A DNA stretch of 64,000 bases from Auanema rhodensis (Eukaryota > Animalia > Nematoda): positions 17,484,001 to 17,548,000 of the forward strand of contig OZ059898.1 of the NCBI GenBank assembly GCA_964057225.1, in the 5' to 3' direction. The translations under genes were made by a program, and so were the position numbers. The notes beneath the pieces are model-generated. The model saw only the letters and a list, made by a program, of their open reading frames with translations, made no database searches and was not told where the DNA came from. Shown here piece after piece: positions 11,701 through 26,500 of this stretch (the first letter of the stretch is position 1; each line of letters starts with the position of its first letter).

Positions 11701-14700
11701 AGTGCATTCGATGTGGATTTTTAAGCTGCGTCGATCTGTGTTATCAGATTTGCGCTAACTTAAAAATGCACCGAGATATCAACTGATATAAGTTCACACT
11801 TATATCCTCGATTTTCACCCTGAAGAAATAATTTTTTCGTTGAATAACATTGTCCATCGTCTTTGCCTTGAAAAAAGGAATCTAAAAACATCTACTTTTT
11901 GCTAAATTATTCTGAAATTTTTCGAAAAAATTTTTGTCAAAATGTTTTTGGAAGCAATGTTGAGTGTACATGGAAACTCAACATACACTAATGCATCATT
12001 TTTCAAACGATCATAACTAATTTCTGTATTAAGCGTTTCGCAATGTAGCATAGTGCATTCGATGCGGATTTTTAAGCTGCGTCGATCTGTGTTATGAGAT
12101 TTGCGCTAGCTTAAAAATGCACCGAGATATCAACTGATATAAGTTCACACTTATATCCTCGATTTTCACCCTGAAGAATTAATTTTTTCGTTGAATAACA
12201 TTGTCCATCGTCTTTGCCTTGAAAAAAGGAATCTAAAAACATCTACTTTTTGCTAAATTATTTTGAAATTTTTTGAAAAAATTTTTGTCAAAATGTTTTT
12301 GGAAGCAATGTTGAGTGTACATGGAAACTCAACATACACTAATGCATCATTTTTCAAACGATCATAACAAATTTTTGTATTAAGCGTTTCTCAATGTAGT
12401 ATAGTGCATTCGATGCGGATTTTTAAGCTGCGTCGATCTGTGTTATCAGATTTGCGCTAGCTTAAAAATGCACCGAGATATCAATTGATATAAGTTCACA
12501 CTTATATCCTCGATTTTCACCCTGAAGAAATAATTTTTTCGTTGAATAACATTGTCCATCGTCTTTGCCTTGAAAAAAGGAATCTAAAAACATCTACTCT
12601 TTGCTAAATTATTCTGAAATTTTTCAAAAAAATTTTTGTCAAAATGTTTTTGGAAGCAATGTTGAGTGTACATGGAAACTCAACATACACTAATGCAGCA
12701 TTTTTCAAACGATCATAACTAATTTCTGTATTAAGCGTTTCTCAATGTAGTATAGTGCATTCGCTGCGGAATTTTAAGCTGCGTCGATCTGTGTTATCAG
12801 ATTTGCGCTAGCTTAAAAATGCACCGAGATATCAACTGATATAAGTTCACAATTATATCCTCGATTTTCACCCTGAAGAAATAATTTTTTCGTTGAATAA
12901 CATTGTCCATCGTCTTTGCCTTGAAAAAAGGAATCTAAAAACATCTACTTTTTGCTAAATTATTTTGAAGTTTTTTGAAAAAATTTTTGTCAAAATGTTT
13001 TTGGAAGCAATGTTGAGTGTACATGGAAACTCAACATACACTAATGCATCATTTTTCAAACGATCATAACTAATTTTTGTATTAAGCGTTTCTCAATGTA
13101 GTATAGTGCATTCGATGCGGATTTTTAAGCTGCGTCGATCTGTGTTATCAGATTTGCGCTAGCTTAAAAATGCACCGAGATATCAACTGATATAAGTTCA
13201 CACTTATATCCTCGATTTTCACCCTGAAGAAATAATTTTTTCGTTGAATAACATTGTCCATCGTCTTTGCCTTGAAAAAAGAAATCTAAAAACATCTACT
13301 TTTTGCTAAATTATTCTGAAATTTTTTGAAAAAATTTTTGTCAAAATGTTTTTGGAAGCAATGTTGAGTGTACATGGAAACTCAACATACACTAATGCAT
13401 CATTTTTCAAACGATCATAACTAATTTCTGTATTAAGCGTTTAGCAATGTAGTATAGTGCATTCGATGCGGATTTTTAAGCTGCGTCGATCTGTGTTATG
13501 AGATTTGCGCTAGCTTAAAAATGCACCGAGATATCAACTGATATAAGTTCACACTTATATCCTCGATTTTCACCCTGAAGAATTAATTTTTTCGTTGAAT
13601 AACATTGTCCATCGTCTTTGCCTTGAAAAAAGGAATCTAAAAACATCTACTTTTTGCTAAATTATTTTGAAATTTTTTGAAAAAATTTTTGTCAAAATGT
13701 TTTTGGAAGCAATGTTGAGTGTACATGGAAACTCAACATACACTAATGCATCATTTTTCAAACGATCATAACAAATTTTTGTATTAAGCGTTTCTCAATG
13801 TAGTATAGTGCATTCGATGCGGATTTTTAAGCTGCGTCGATCTGTGTTATGAGATTTGCGCTAGCTTAAAAATGCACCGAGATATCAACTGATATAAGTT
13901 CACACTTATATCCTCGATTTTCACCCTGAAGAATTAATTTTTTCGTTGAATAACATTGTCCATCGTTTTTGCTTTGAAAAAAGGAATCTAAAAACATCTA
14001 CTTTTTGCTAAATTATTTTGAAATTTTTCGAAAAAATTTTTGTCAAAATGTTTTTGGAAGCAATGTTGAGTGTACATGGAAACTCAACATACACTAATGC
14101 ATCATTTTTCAAACGATCATAACTAATTTTTGTATCAAGCGTTTCTCAATGTAGTATAGTGCATTCGATGCGGATTTTTAAGCTGCGTCGATCTGTGTTA
14201 TGAGATTTGCGCTAGCTTAAAAATGCACCGAGATATCAACTGATATAAGTTCACACTTATATCCTCGATTTTCACCCTGAAGAAATAATTTTTTCGTTGA
14301 ATAACATTGTCCATCGTCTTTGCCTTGAAAAAAAGAATCTAAAAACATCTACTCTTTGCTAAATTATTCTGAAATTTTTCAAAAAAATTTTTGTCAAAAT
14401 GTGTTTGGAAGCAATGTTGAGTGTACATGGAAACTCAACATACACTAATGCAGCATTTTTCAAACGATCATAACCAATTTCTGTATTAAGCGTTTCTCAA
14501 TGTAGTATAGTGCATTCGATGCGGATTTTTAAGCTGCGTCGATCTGTGTTATCAGATTTGCGCTAGCTTAAAAATGCACCGAGATATCAACTGATATAAG
14601 TTCACAATTATATCCTCGATTTTCACCCTGAAGAAATAATTTTTTCGTTGAATAACATTGTCCATCGTCTTTGCCTTGAAAAAAGGAATCTAAAAACATC

Positions 14701-15444
14701 TACTTTTTGCTAAATTATTTTGAAGTTTTTTGAAAAAATTTTTGTCAAAATGTTTTTGGAAGCAATGTTGAGTGTACATGGAAACTCAACATACACTAAT
14801 GCATCATTTTTCAAACGATCATAACTAATTTTTGTATCAAGCGTTTCTCAATGTAGTATAGTGCATTCGATGCGGATTTTTAAGCTGCGTCGATCTGTGT
14901 TATCAGATTTGCGCTAGCTTAAAAATGCACCGAGATATCAATTGATATAAGTTCACACTTATATCCTCGATTTTCACCCTGAAGAAATAATTTTTTCGTT
15001 GAATAACATTGCCCATCGTCTTTGCCTTGAAAAAAGGAATCTAAAAACATCTACTCTTTGCTAAATTATTCTGAAATTTTTCAAAAAAATTTTTGTCAAA
15101 ATGTTTTTGGAAGCAATGTTGAGTGTACATGGAAACTCAACATACACTAATGCAGCATTTTTCAAACGATCATAACTAATTTCTGTATTAAGCGTTTCTC
15201 AATGTAGTATAGTGCATTCGATTTGGATTTTTAAGCTGCGTCGATCTGTGTTATCAGATTTGCGCTAGCTTAAAAATGCACCGAGATATCAATTGATATA
15301 AGTTCACACTTATATCCTCGATTTTCACCCTGAAGAAATAATTTTTTCGTTGAATAACATTGTCCATCGTCTTTGCCTTGAAAAAAGGCATCTAAAAACA
15401 TCTACTTTATGCTAAATTATTTCGAAATTTTTCGAAAAAATTTT

Positions 15445-18252
15445 TGTCAAAATGTTTTTGGAAGCAATGTTGTGTGTACATGGAAACTCAACATACACTA
15501 ATGCATCATTTTTCAAACGACCATAACTAATTTTTGTATTAAGCGTTTCTCAATGTAGTATAGTGCATTCGATGCGGATTTTTAAGTTGCGTCGATCTGT
15601 GTTATCAGATTTGCGCTAGCTTAAAAATGCACCGAGGTATCAACTGATATAAGTTCACACTTATATCCTCGATTTTCACCCTGAAGAATTTATTTTTTCG
15701 TTGAATAACATTGTCCATCGTCTTTGCCTTGAAAAAAGGAATCTAAAAACATCTACTTTTTGCTAAATTATTCTGAAATTTTTCGAAAAAATTTTTGTCA
15801 AAATGTTTTTGGAAGCAATGTTGAGTGTACATGGAAACTCAACATACACTAATGCATCATTTTTCAAACGACCATAACTAATTTTTGTATTAAGCGTTTC
15901 TCAATGTAGTATAATGCATTCGATGCGGATTTTTAAGCTGCGTCGATCTGTGTTATCAGATTTGCGCTAGCTTAAAAATGCACCGAGATATCAACTGATA
16001 TAAGTTCACACTTATATCCTCGATTTTCACCCTGAAGAAATAATTTTTTTGTTGAATAACATTGTCCATCGTCTTTGCTTTGAAAAAAGAAATCTAAAAA
16101 CATCTACTTTTTGCTAAATTATTCTGAAATTTTTCGAAAAAATTTTTGTCAAAATGTTTTTGGAAGCAATGTTGAGCGTACATGGAAACTCAACATACAC
16201 TAATGCATCATTTTTCAAACGATCATAACTAATTTTTGTATCAAGCGTTTCTCAATGTAGTATAGTGCATTCGATGCGGATTTTTAAGCTGCGTCGATCT
16301 GTGTTATCAGATTTGCGCTAGCTTAAAAATGCACCGAGATATCAATTGATATAAGTTCACACTTATATCCTCGATTTTCACCCTGAAGAAATAATTTTTT
16401 CGTTGAATAACATTGTCCATCGTCTTTGCCTTGAAAAAAGGCATCTAAAAACATCTACTTTTTGCTAAATTATTTCGAAATTTTTCGAAAAAATTTTTGT
16501 CAAAATGTTTTTGGAAGCAATGTTGAGCGTACATGGAAACTCAACATACACTAATGCATCATTTTTCAAACGATCATAACTAATTTTTGTATCAAGCGTT
16601 TCTCAATGTAGTATAGTGCATTCGATGCGGATTTTTAAGCTGCGTCGATCTGTGTTATCAGATTTGCGCTAGCTTAAAAATGCACCGAGATATCAATTGA
16701 TATAAGTTCACACTTATATCCTCGATTTTCACCCTGAAGAAATAATTTTTTCGTTGAATAACATTGTCCATCGTCTTTGCCTTGAAAAAAGGCATCTAAA
16801 AACATCTACTTTATGCTAAATTATTTCGAAATTTTTCGAAAAAGTTTTTGTCAAAATGTTTTTGGAAGCAATGTTGTGTGTACATGGAAACTCAACATAC
16901 ACTAATGCATCATTTTTCAAACGACCATAACTAATTTTTGTATTAAGCGTTTCTCAATGAAGTATAGTGCATTCGATGCGGATTTTTAAGTTGCGTCGAT
17001 CTGTGTTATCAGATTTGCGCTAGCTTAAAAATGCACCGAGACATCAACTGATATAAGTTCACACTTATATCCTCGATTTTCACCCTGAAGAATTTATTTT
17101 TTCGTTGAATAACATTGTCCATCGTCTTTGCCTTGAAAAAAGGAATCTAAAAACATCTACTTTTTGCTAAATTATTCTGAAATTTTTCGAAAAAATTTTT
17201 GTCAAAATGTTTTTGGAAGCAATGTTGAGTGTACATGGAAACTCAACATACACTAATGCATCATTTTTCAAACGACCATAACTAATTTTTGTATTAAGCG
17301 TTTCTCAATGTAGTATAATGCATTCGATGCGGATTTTTAAGCTGCGTCGATCTGTGTTATCAGATTTGCGCTAGCTTAAAAATGCACCGAGATATCAACT
17401 GATATAAGTTCACACTTATATCCTCGATTTTCACCCTGAAGAAATAATTTTTTTGTTGAATAACATTGTCCATCGTCTTTGCCTTGAAAAAAGAAATCTA
17501 AAAACATCTACTTTTTGCTAAATTATTCTGAAATTTTTCGAAAAAATTTTTGTCAAAATGTTTTTGGAAGCAATGTTGAGCGTACATGGAAACTCAACAT
17601 ACACTAATGCATCATTTTTCAAACGATCATAACTAATTTTTGTATCAAGCGTTTCTCAATGTAGTATAGTGCATTCGATGCGGATTTTTAAGCTGCGTCG
17701 ATCTGTGTTATCAGATTTGCGCTAGCTTAAAAATGCACCGAGATATCAATTGATATAAGTTCACACTTATATCCTCGATTTTCACCCTGAAGAAATAATT
17801 TTTTCGTTGAATAACATTGTCCATCGTCTTTGCCTTGAAAAAAGGCATCTAAAAACATCTACTTTTTGCTAAATTATTTCGAAATTTTTCGAAAAAATTT
17901 TTGTCAAAATGTTTTTGGAAGCAATGTTGAGCGTACATGGAAACTCAACATACACTAATGCATCATTTTTCAAACGATCATAACTAATTTTTGTATCAAG
18001 CGTTACTCAATGTAGTATAGTGCATTCGATGCGGATTTTTAAGCTGCGTCGATCTGTGTTATCAGATTAGCGCTAGCTTAAAAATGCACCGAGATATCAA
18101 TTGATATAAGTTCACACTTATATCCTCGATTTTCACCCTGAAGAAATAATTTTTTCGTTGAATAACATTGTCCATCGTCTTTGCCTTGAAAAAAGGCATC
18201 TAAAAACATCTACTTTATGCTAAATTATTTCGAAATTTTTCGAAAAAGTTTT
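15445..18252. repeat. 4-mer higher-order repeat B (1404 bp) x2 (monomers 45-52), recurring at 26677-29484 and 29836-32643
   Basis: G119A (TATAATGC) at 15914, 17318, 27146, 28550, 30305 and 31709. Fixed order: an A29T/T77C/C143T/A247T monomer, a T77C/G119A/C255T/G295A monomer, then two T31C/T96C/C200T/A296C/T330C monomers. Confidence 0.9.
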
Positions 18253-18954
18253 TGTCAAAATGTTTTTGGAAGCAATGTTGTGTGTACATGGAAACTCAAC
18301 ATACACTAATGCATCATTTTTCAAACGATCATAACTAATTTTTGTATTAAGCGTTTCTCAATGTAGTATAGTGCATTCGATGCGGATTTTTAAGCTGCGT
18401 CGATCTGTGTTATGAGATTTGCGCTAGCTTAAAAATGCACCGAGATATCAACTGATATAAGTTCACACTTATATCCTCGATTTTCACCCTGAAGAATTAA
18501 TTTTTTCGTTGAATAACATTGTCCATCGTTTTTGCTTTGAAAAAAGGAATCTAAAAACATCTACTTTTTGCTAAATTATTTTGAAATTTTTCGAAAAAAT
18601 TTTTGTCAAAATGTTTTTGGAAGCAATGTTGAGTGTACATGGAAACTCAACATACACTAATGCATCATATTTCAAACGATCATAACTAATTTTTGTATCA
18701 AGCGTTTCTCAATGTAGTATAGTGCATTCGATGCGGATTTTTAAGCTGCGTCGATCTGTGTTATCAGATTTGCGCTAGCTTAAAAATGCACCGAGATATC
18801 AATTGATATAAGTTCACACTTATATCCTCGATTTTCACCCTGAAGAATTAATTTTTTCGTTGAATAACATTGTCCATCGTCTTTGCCTTGAAAAAAGGAA
18901 TCTAAAAACATCTACTTTTTGCTAAATTATTTTGAAGTTTTTTGAAAAAATTTT

Positions 18955-21762
18955 TGTCAAAATGTTTTTGGAAGCAATGTTGAGTGTACATGGAAACTCA
19001 ACATACACTAATGCATCATTTTTCAAACGATCATAACTAATTTTTGTATTAAGCGTTTCTCAATGTAGTATAGTGCATTCGATGCGGATTTTTAAGCTGC
19101 GTCGATCTGTGTTATGAGATTTGCGCTAGCTTAAAAATGCACCGAGATATCAACTGATATAAGTTCACACTTATATCCTCGATTTTCACCCTGAAGAATT
19201 AATTTTTTCGTTGAATAACATTGTCCATCGTCTTTGCCTTGAAAAAAGGAATCTAAAAACATCTACTTTTTGCTAAATTATTTTGAAATTTTTCGAAAAA
19301 ATTTTTGTCAAAATGTTTTTGGAAGCAATGTTGAGTGAACATGGAAACTCAACATACACTAATGCATCATTTTTCAAACAATCATAACTAATTTTTGTAT
19401 CAAGCGTTTCTCAATGTAGTATAGTGCATTCGATGCGGATTTTTAAGCTGCGTCGATCTGTGTTATCAGATTTGTGCTAACTTAAAAATGCACCGAGATA
19501 TCAACTGATATAAGTTCACACTTATATCCTCGATTTTCACCCTGAAGAAATAATTTTTTCGTTGAATAACATTGTCCATCGTCTTTGCCTTGAAAAAAGG
19601 AATCTAAAAACATCTACTTTTTGCTAAATTATTCTGAAATTTTTTGAAAAAATTTTTGTCAAAATGTTTTTGGAAGCAATGTTGAGTGTACATGGAAACT
19701 CAACATACACTAATGCATCATTTTTCAAACGATCATAACTAATTTCTGTATTAAGCGTTTCGCAATGTAGTATAGTGCATTCGATGCGGATTTTTAAGCT
19801 GCGTCGATCTGTGTTATGAGATTTGCGCTAGCTTAAAAATGCACCGAGATATCAACTGATATAAGTTCACACTTATATCCTCGATTTTCACCCTGAAGAA
19901 TTAATTTTTTCGTTGAATAACATTGTCCATCGTCTTTGCCTTGAAAAAAGGAATCTAAAAACATCTACTTTTTGCTAAATTATTTTGAAATTTTTTGAAA
20001 AAATTTTTGTCAAAATGTTTTTGGAAGCAATGTTGAGTGTACATGGAAACTCAACATACACTAATGCATCATTTTTCAAACGATCATAACAAATTTTTGT
20101 ATTAAGCGTTTCTCAATGTAGTATAGTGCATTCGATGCGGATTTTTAAGCTGCGTCGATCTGTGTTATCAGATTTGCGCTAGCTTAAAAATGCACCGAGA
20201 TATCAATTGATATAAGTTCACACTTATATCCTCGATTTTCACCCTGAAGAAATAATTTTTTCGTTGAATAACATTGTCCATCGTCTTTGCCTTGAAAAAA
20301 GGAATCTAAAAACATCTACTTTTTGCTAAATTATTTTGAAGTTTTTTGAAAAAATTTTTGTCAAAATGTTTTTGGAAGCAATGTTGAGTGTACATGGAAA
20401 CTCAACATACACTAATGCATCATTTTTCAAACGATCATAACTAATTTTTGTATTAAGCGTTTCTCAATGTAGTATAGTGCATTCGATGCGGATTTTTAAG
20501 CTGCGTCGATCTGTGTTATGAGATTTGCGCTAGCTTAAAAATGCACCGAGATATCAACTGATATAAGTTCACACTTATATCCTCGATTTTCACCCTGAAG
20601 AATTAATTTTTTCGTTGAATAACATTGTCCATCGTCTTTGCCTTGAAAAAAGGAATCTAAAAACATCTACTTTTTGCTAAATTATTTTGAAATTTTTCGA
20701 AAAAATTTTTGTCAAAATGTTTTTGGAAGCAATGTTGAGTGAACATGGAAACTCAACATACACTAATGCATCATTTTTCAAACAATCATAACTAATTTTT
20801 GTATCAAGCGTTTCTCAATGTAGTATAGTGCATTCGATGCGGATTTTTAAGCTGCGTCGATCTGTGTTATCAGATTTGTGCTAACTTAAAAATGCACCGA
20901 GATATCAACTGATATAAGTTCACACTTATATCCTCGATTTTCACCCTGAAGAAATAATTTTTTCGTTGAATAACATTGTCCATCGTCTTTGCCTTGAAAA
21001 AAGGAATCTAAAAACATCTACTTTTTGCTAAATTATTCTGAAATTTTTTGAAAAAATTTTTGTCAAAATGTTTTTGGAAGCAATGTTGAGTGTACATGGA
21101 AACTCAACATACACTAATGCATCATTTTTCAAACGATCATAACTAATTTCTGTATTAAGCGTTTCGCAATGTAGTATAGTGCATTCGATGCGGATTTTTA
21201 AGCTGCGTCGATCTGTGTTATGAGATTTGCGCTAGCTTAAAAATGCACCGAGATATCAACTGATATAAGTTCACACTTATATCCTCGATTTTCACCCTGA
21301 AGAATTAATTTTTTCGTTGAATAACATTGTCCATCGTCTTTGCCTTGAAAAAAGGAATCTAAAAACATCTACTTTTTGCTAAATTATTTTGAAATTTTTT
21401 GAAAAAATTTTTGTCAAAATGTTTTTGGAAGCAATGTTGAGTGTACATGGAAACTCAACATACACTAATGCATCATTTTTCAAACGATCATAACAAATTT
21501 TTGTATTAAGCGTTTCTCAATGTAGTATAGTGCATTCGATGCGGATTTTTAAGCTGCGTCGATCTGTGTTATCAGATTTGCGCTAGCTTAAAAATGCACC
21601 GAGATATCAATTGATATAAGTTCACACTTATATCCTCGATTTTCACCCTGAAGAAATAATTTTTTCGTTGAATAACATTGTCCATCGTCTTTGCCTTGAA
21701 AAAAGGAATCTAAAAACATCTACTCTTTGCTAAATTATTCTGAAATTTTTCAAAAAAATTTT
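18955..21762. repeat. Local 4-monomer tandem duplication (monomers 55-58 match 59-62)
   Basis: The T33A/G75A/C170T/G175A monomer occurs at 19306 and 20710 (1404 apart), with the same flanking monomer types. Confidence 0.82.
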
Positions 21763-23517
21763 TGTCAAAATGTTTTTGGAAGCAATGTTGAGTGTACATG
21801 GAAACTCAACATACACTAATGCAGCATTTTTCAAACGATCATAACTAATTTCTGTATTAAGCGTTTCTCAATGTAGTATAGTGCATTCGCTGCGGAATTT
21901 TAAGCTGCGTCGATCTGTGTTATCAGATTTGCGCTAGCTTAAAAATGCACCGAGATATCAACTGATATAAGTTCACAATTATATCCTCGATTTTCACCCT
22001 GAAGAAATAATTTTTTCGTTGAATAACATTGTCCATCGTCTTTGCCTTGAAAAAAGGAATCTAAAAACATCTACTTTTTGCTAAATTATTTTGAAGTTTT
22101 TTGAAAAAATTTTTGTCAAAATGTTTTTGGAAGCAATGTTGAGTGTACATGGAAACTCAACATACACTAATGCATCATTTTTCAAACGATCATAACTAAT
22201 TTTTGTATTAAGCGTTTCTCAATGTAGTATAGTGCATTCGATGCGGATTTTTAAGCTGCGTCGATCTGTGTTATCAGATTTGCGCTAGCTTAAAAATGCA
22301 CCGAGATATCAACTGATATAAGTTCACACTTATATCCTCGATTTTCACCCTGAAGAAATAATTTTTTCGTTGAATAACATTGTCCATCGTCTTTGCCTTG
22401 AAAAAAGAAATCTAAAAACATCTACTTTTTGCTAAATTATTCTGAAATTTTTTGAAAAAATTTTTGTCAAAATGTTTTTGGAAGCAATGTTGAGTGTACA
22501 TGGAAACTCAACATACACTAATGCATCATTTTTCAAACGATCATAACTAATTTTTGTATTAAGCGTTTCTCAATGTAGTATAGTGCATTCGATGCGGATT
22601 TTTAAGCTGCGTCGATCTGTGTTATCAGATTTGCGCTAGCTTAAAAATGCACCGAGATATCAACTGATATAAGTTCACACTTATATCCTCGATTTTCACC
22701 CTGAAGAAATAATTTTTTCGTTGAATAACATTGTCCATCGTCTTTGCCTTGAAAAAAGAAATCTAAAAACATCTACTTTTTGCTAAATTATTCTGAAATT
22801 TTTTGAAAAAATTTTTGTCAAAATGTTTTTGGAAGCAATGTTGAGTGTACATGGAAACTCAACATACACTAATGCATCATTTTTCAAACGATCATAACTA
22901 ATTTCTGTATTAAGCGTTTCGCAATGTAGTATAGTGCATTCGATGCGGATTTTTAAGCTGCGTCGATCTGTGTTATCAGATTTGTGCTAACTTAAAAATG
23001 CACCGAGATATCAACTGATATAAGTTCACACTTATATCCTCGATTTTCACCCTGAAGAAATAATTTTTTCGTTGAATAACATTGTCCATCGTCTTTGCCT
23101 TGAAAAAAGGAATCTAAAAACATCTACTTTTTGCTAAATTATTCTGAAATTTTTTGAAAAAATTTTTGTCAAAATGTTTTTGGAAGCAATGTTGAGTGTA
23201 CATGGAAACTCAACATACACTAATGCATCATTTTTCAAACGATCATAACTAATTTCTGTATTAAGCGTTTTGCAATGTAGTATAGTGCATTCGATGCGGA
23301 TTTTTAAGCTGCGTCGATCTGTGTTATGAGATTTGCGCTAGCTTAAAAATGCACCGAGATATCAACTGATATAAGTTCACACTTATATCCTCGATTTTCA
23401 CCCTGAAGAATTAATTTTTTCGTTGAATAACATTGTCCATCGTCTTTGCCTTGAAAAAAGGAATCTAAAAACATCTACTTTTTGCTAAATTATTTTGAAA
23501 TTTTTTGAAAAAATTTT

Positions 23518-26500
23518 TGTCAAAATGTTTTTGGAAGCAATGTTGAGTGTACATGGAAACTCAACATACACTAATGCATCATTTTTCAAACGATCATAAC
23601 AAATTTTTGTATTAAGCGTTTCTCAATGTAGTATAGTGCATTCGATGCGGATTTTTAAGCTGCGTCGATCTGTGTTATCAGATTTGCGCTAGCTTAAAAA
23701 TGCACCGAGATATCAATTGATATAAGTTCACACTTATATCCTCGATTTTCACCCTGAAGAAATAATTTTTTCGTTGAATAACATTGTCCATCGTCTTTGC
23801 CTTGAAAAAAGGAATCTAAAAACATCTACTCTTTGCTAAATTATTCTGAAATTTTTCAAAAAAATTTTTGTCAAAATGTTTTTGGAAGCAATGTTGAGTG
23901 TACATGGAAACTCAACATACACTAATGCAGCATTTTTCAAACGATCATAACTAATTTCTGTATTAAGCGTTTCTCAATGTAGTATAGTGCATTCGCTGCG
24001 GAATTTTAAGCTGCGTCGATCTGTGTTATCAGATTTGCGCTAGCTTAAAAATGCACCGAGATATCAACTGATATAAGTTCACAATTATATCCTCGATTTT
24101 CACCCTGAAGAAATAATTTTTTCGTTGAATAACATTGTCCATCGTCTTTGCCTTGAAAAAAGGAATCTAAAAACATCTACTTTTTGCTAAATTATTTTGA
24201 AGTTTTTTGAAAAAATTTTTGTCAAAATGTTTTTGGAAGCAATGTTGAGTGTACATGGAAACTCAACATACACTAATGCATCATTTTTCAAACGATCATA
24301 ACTAATTTTTGTATTAAGCGTTTCTCAATGTAGTATAGTGCATTCGATGCGGATTTTTAAGCTGCGTCGATTTGTGTTATCAGATTTGCGCTAGCTTAAA
24401 AATGCACCGAGACATCAACTGATATAAGTTCACACTTATATCCTCGATTTTCACCCTGAAGAAATAATTTTTTCGTTGAATAACATTGTCCATCGTCTTT
24501 GCCTTGAAAAAAGAAATCTAAAAACATCTACTTTTTGCTAAATTATTCTGAAATTTTTTGAAAAAATTTTTGTCAAAATGTTTTTGGAAGCAATGTTGAG
24601 TGTACATGGAAACTCAACATACACTAATGCATCATTTTTCAAACGATCATAACTAATTTCTGTATTAAGCGTTTCGCAATGTAGTATAGTGCATTCGATG
24701 CGGATTTTTAAGCTGCGTCGATCTGTGTTATGAGATTTGCGCTAGCTTAAAAATGCACCGAGATATCAACTGATATAAGTTCACACTTATATCCTCGATT
24801 TTCACCCTGAAGAATTAATTTTTTCGTTGAATAACATTGTCCATCGTCTTTGCCTTGAAAAAAGGAATCTAAAAACATCTACTTTTTGCTAAATTATTTT
24901 GAAATTTTTTGAAAAAATTTTTGTCAAAATGTTTTTGGAAGCAATGTTGAGTGTACATGGAAACTCAACATACACTAATGCATCATTTTTCAAACGATCA
25001 TAACAAATTTTTGTATTAAGCGTTTCTCAATGTAGTATAGTGCATTCGATGCGGATTTTTAAGCTGCGTCGATCTGTGTTATGAGATTTGCGCTAGCTTA
25101 AAAATGCATCGAGATATCAACTGATATAAGTTCACACTTATATCCTCGATTTTCACCCTGAAGAATTAATTTTTTCGTTGAATAACATTGTCCATCGTTT
25201 TTGCTTTGAAAAAAGGAATCTAAAAACATCTACTTTTTGCTAAATTATTTTGAAATTTTTCGAAAAAATTTTTGTCAAAATGTTTTTGGAAGCAATGTTG
25301 AGTGTACATGGAAACTCAACATACACTAATGCATCATTTTTCAAACGATCATAACTAATTTTTGTATCAAGCGTTTCTCAATGTAGTATAGTGCATTCGA
25401 TGCGGATTTTTAAGCTGCGTCGATCTGTGTTATGAGATTTGCGCTAGCTTAAAAATGCACCGAGATATCAACTGATATAAGTTCACACTTATATCCTCGA
25501 TTTTCACCCTGAAGAAATAATTTTTTCGTTGAATAACATTGTCCATCGTCTTTGCCTTGAAAAAAAGAATCTAAAAACATCTACTCTTTGCTAAATTATT
25601 CTGAAATTTTTCAAAAAAATTTTTGTCAAAATGTGTTTGGAAGCAATGTTGAGTGTACATGGAAACTCAACATACACTAATGCAGCATTTTTCAAACGAT
25701 CATAACCAATTTCTGTATTAAGCGTTTCTCAATGTAGTATAGTGCATTCGATGCGGATTTTTAAGCTGCGTCGATCTGTGTTATCAGATTTGCGCTAGCT
25801 TAAAAATGCACCGAGATATCAACTGATATAAGTTCACAATTATATCCTCGATTTTCACCCTGAAGAAATAATTTTTTCGTTGAATAACATTGTCCATCGT
25901 CTTTGCCTTGAAAAAAGGAATCTAAAAACATCTACTTTTTGCTAAATTATTTTGAAGTTTTTTGAAAAAATTTTTGTCAAAATGTTTTTGGAAGCAATGT
26001 TGAGTGTACATGGAAACTCAACATACACTAATGCATCATTTTTCAAACGATCATAACTAATTTTTGTATCAAGCGTTTCTCAATGTAGTATAGTGCATTC
26101 GATGCGGATTTTTAAGCTGCGTCGATCTGTGTTATCAGATTTGCGCTAGCTTAAAAATGCACCGAGATATCAATTGATATAAGTTCACACTTATATCCTC
26201 GATTTTCACCCTGAAGAAATAATTTTTTCGTTGAATAACATTGCCCATCGTCTTTGCCTTGAAAAAAGGAATCTAAAAACATCTACTCTTTGCTAAATTA
26301 TTCTGAAATTTTTCAAAAAAATTTTTGTCAAAATGTTTTTGGAAGCAATGTTGAGTGTACATAGAAACTCAACATACACTAATGCAGCATTTTTCAAACG
26401 ATCATAACTAATTTCTGTATTAAGCGTTTCTCAATGTAGTATAGTGCATTCGATTTGGATTTTTAAGCTGCGTCGATCTGTGTTATCAGATTTGCGCTAG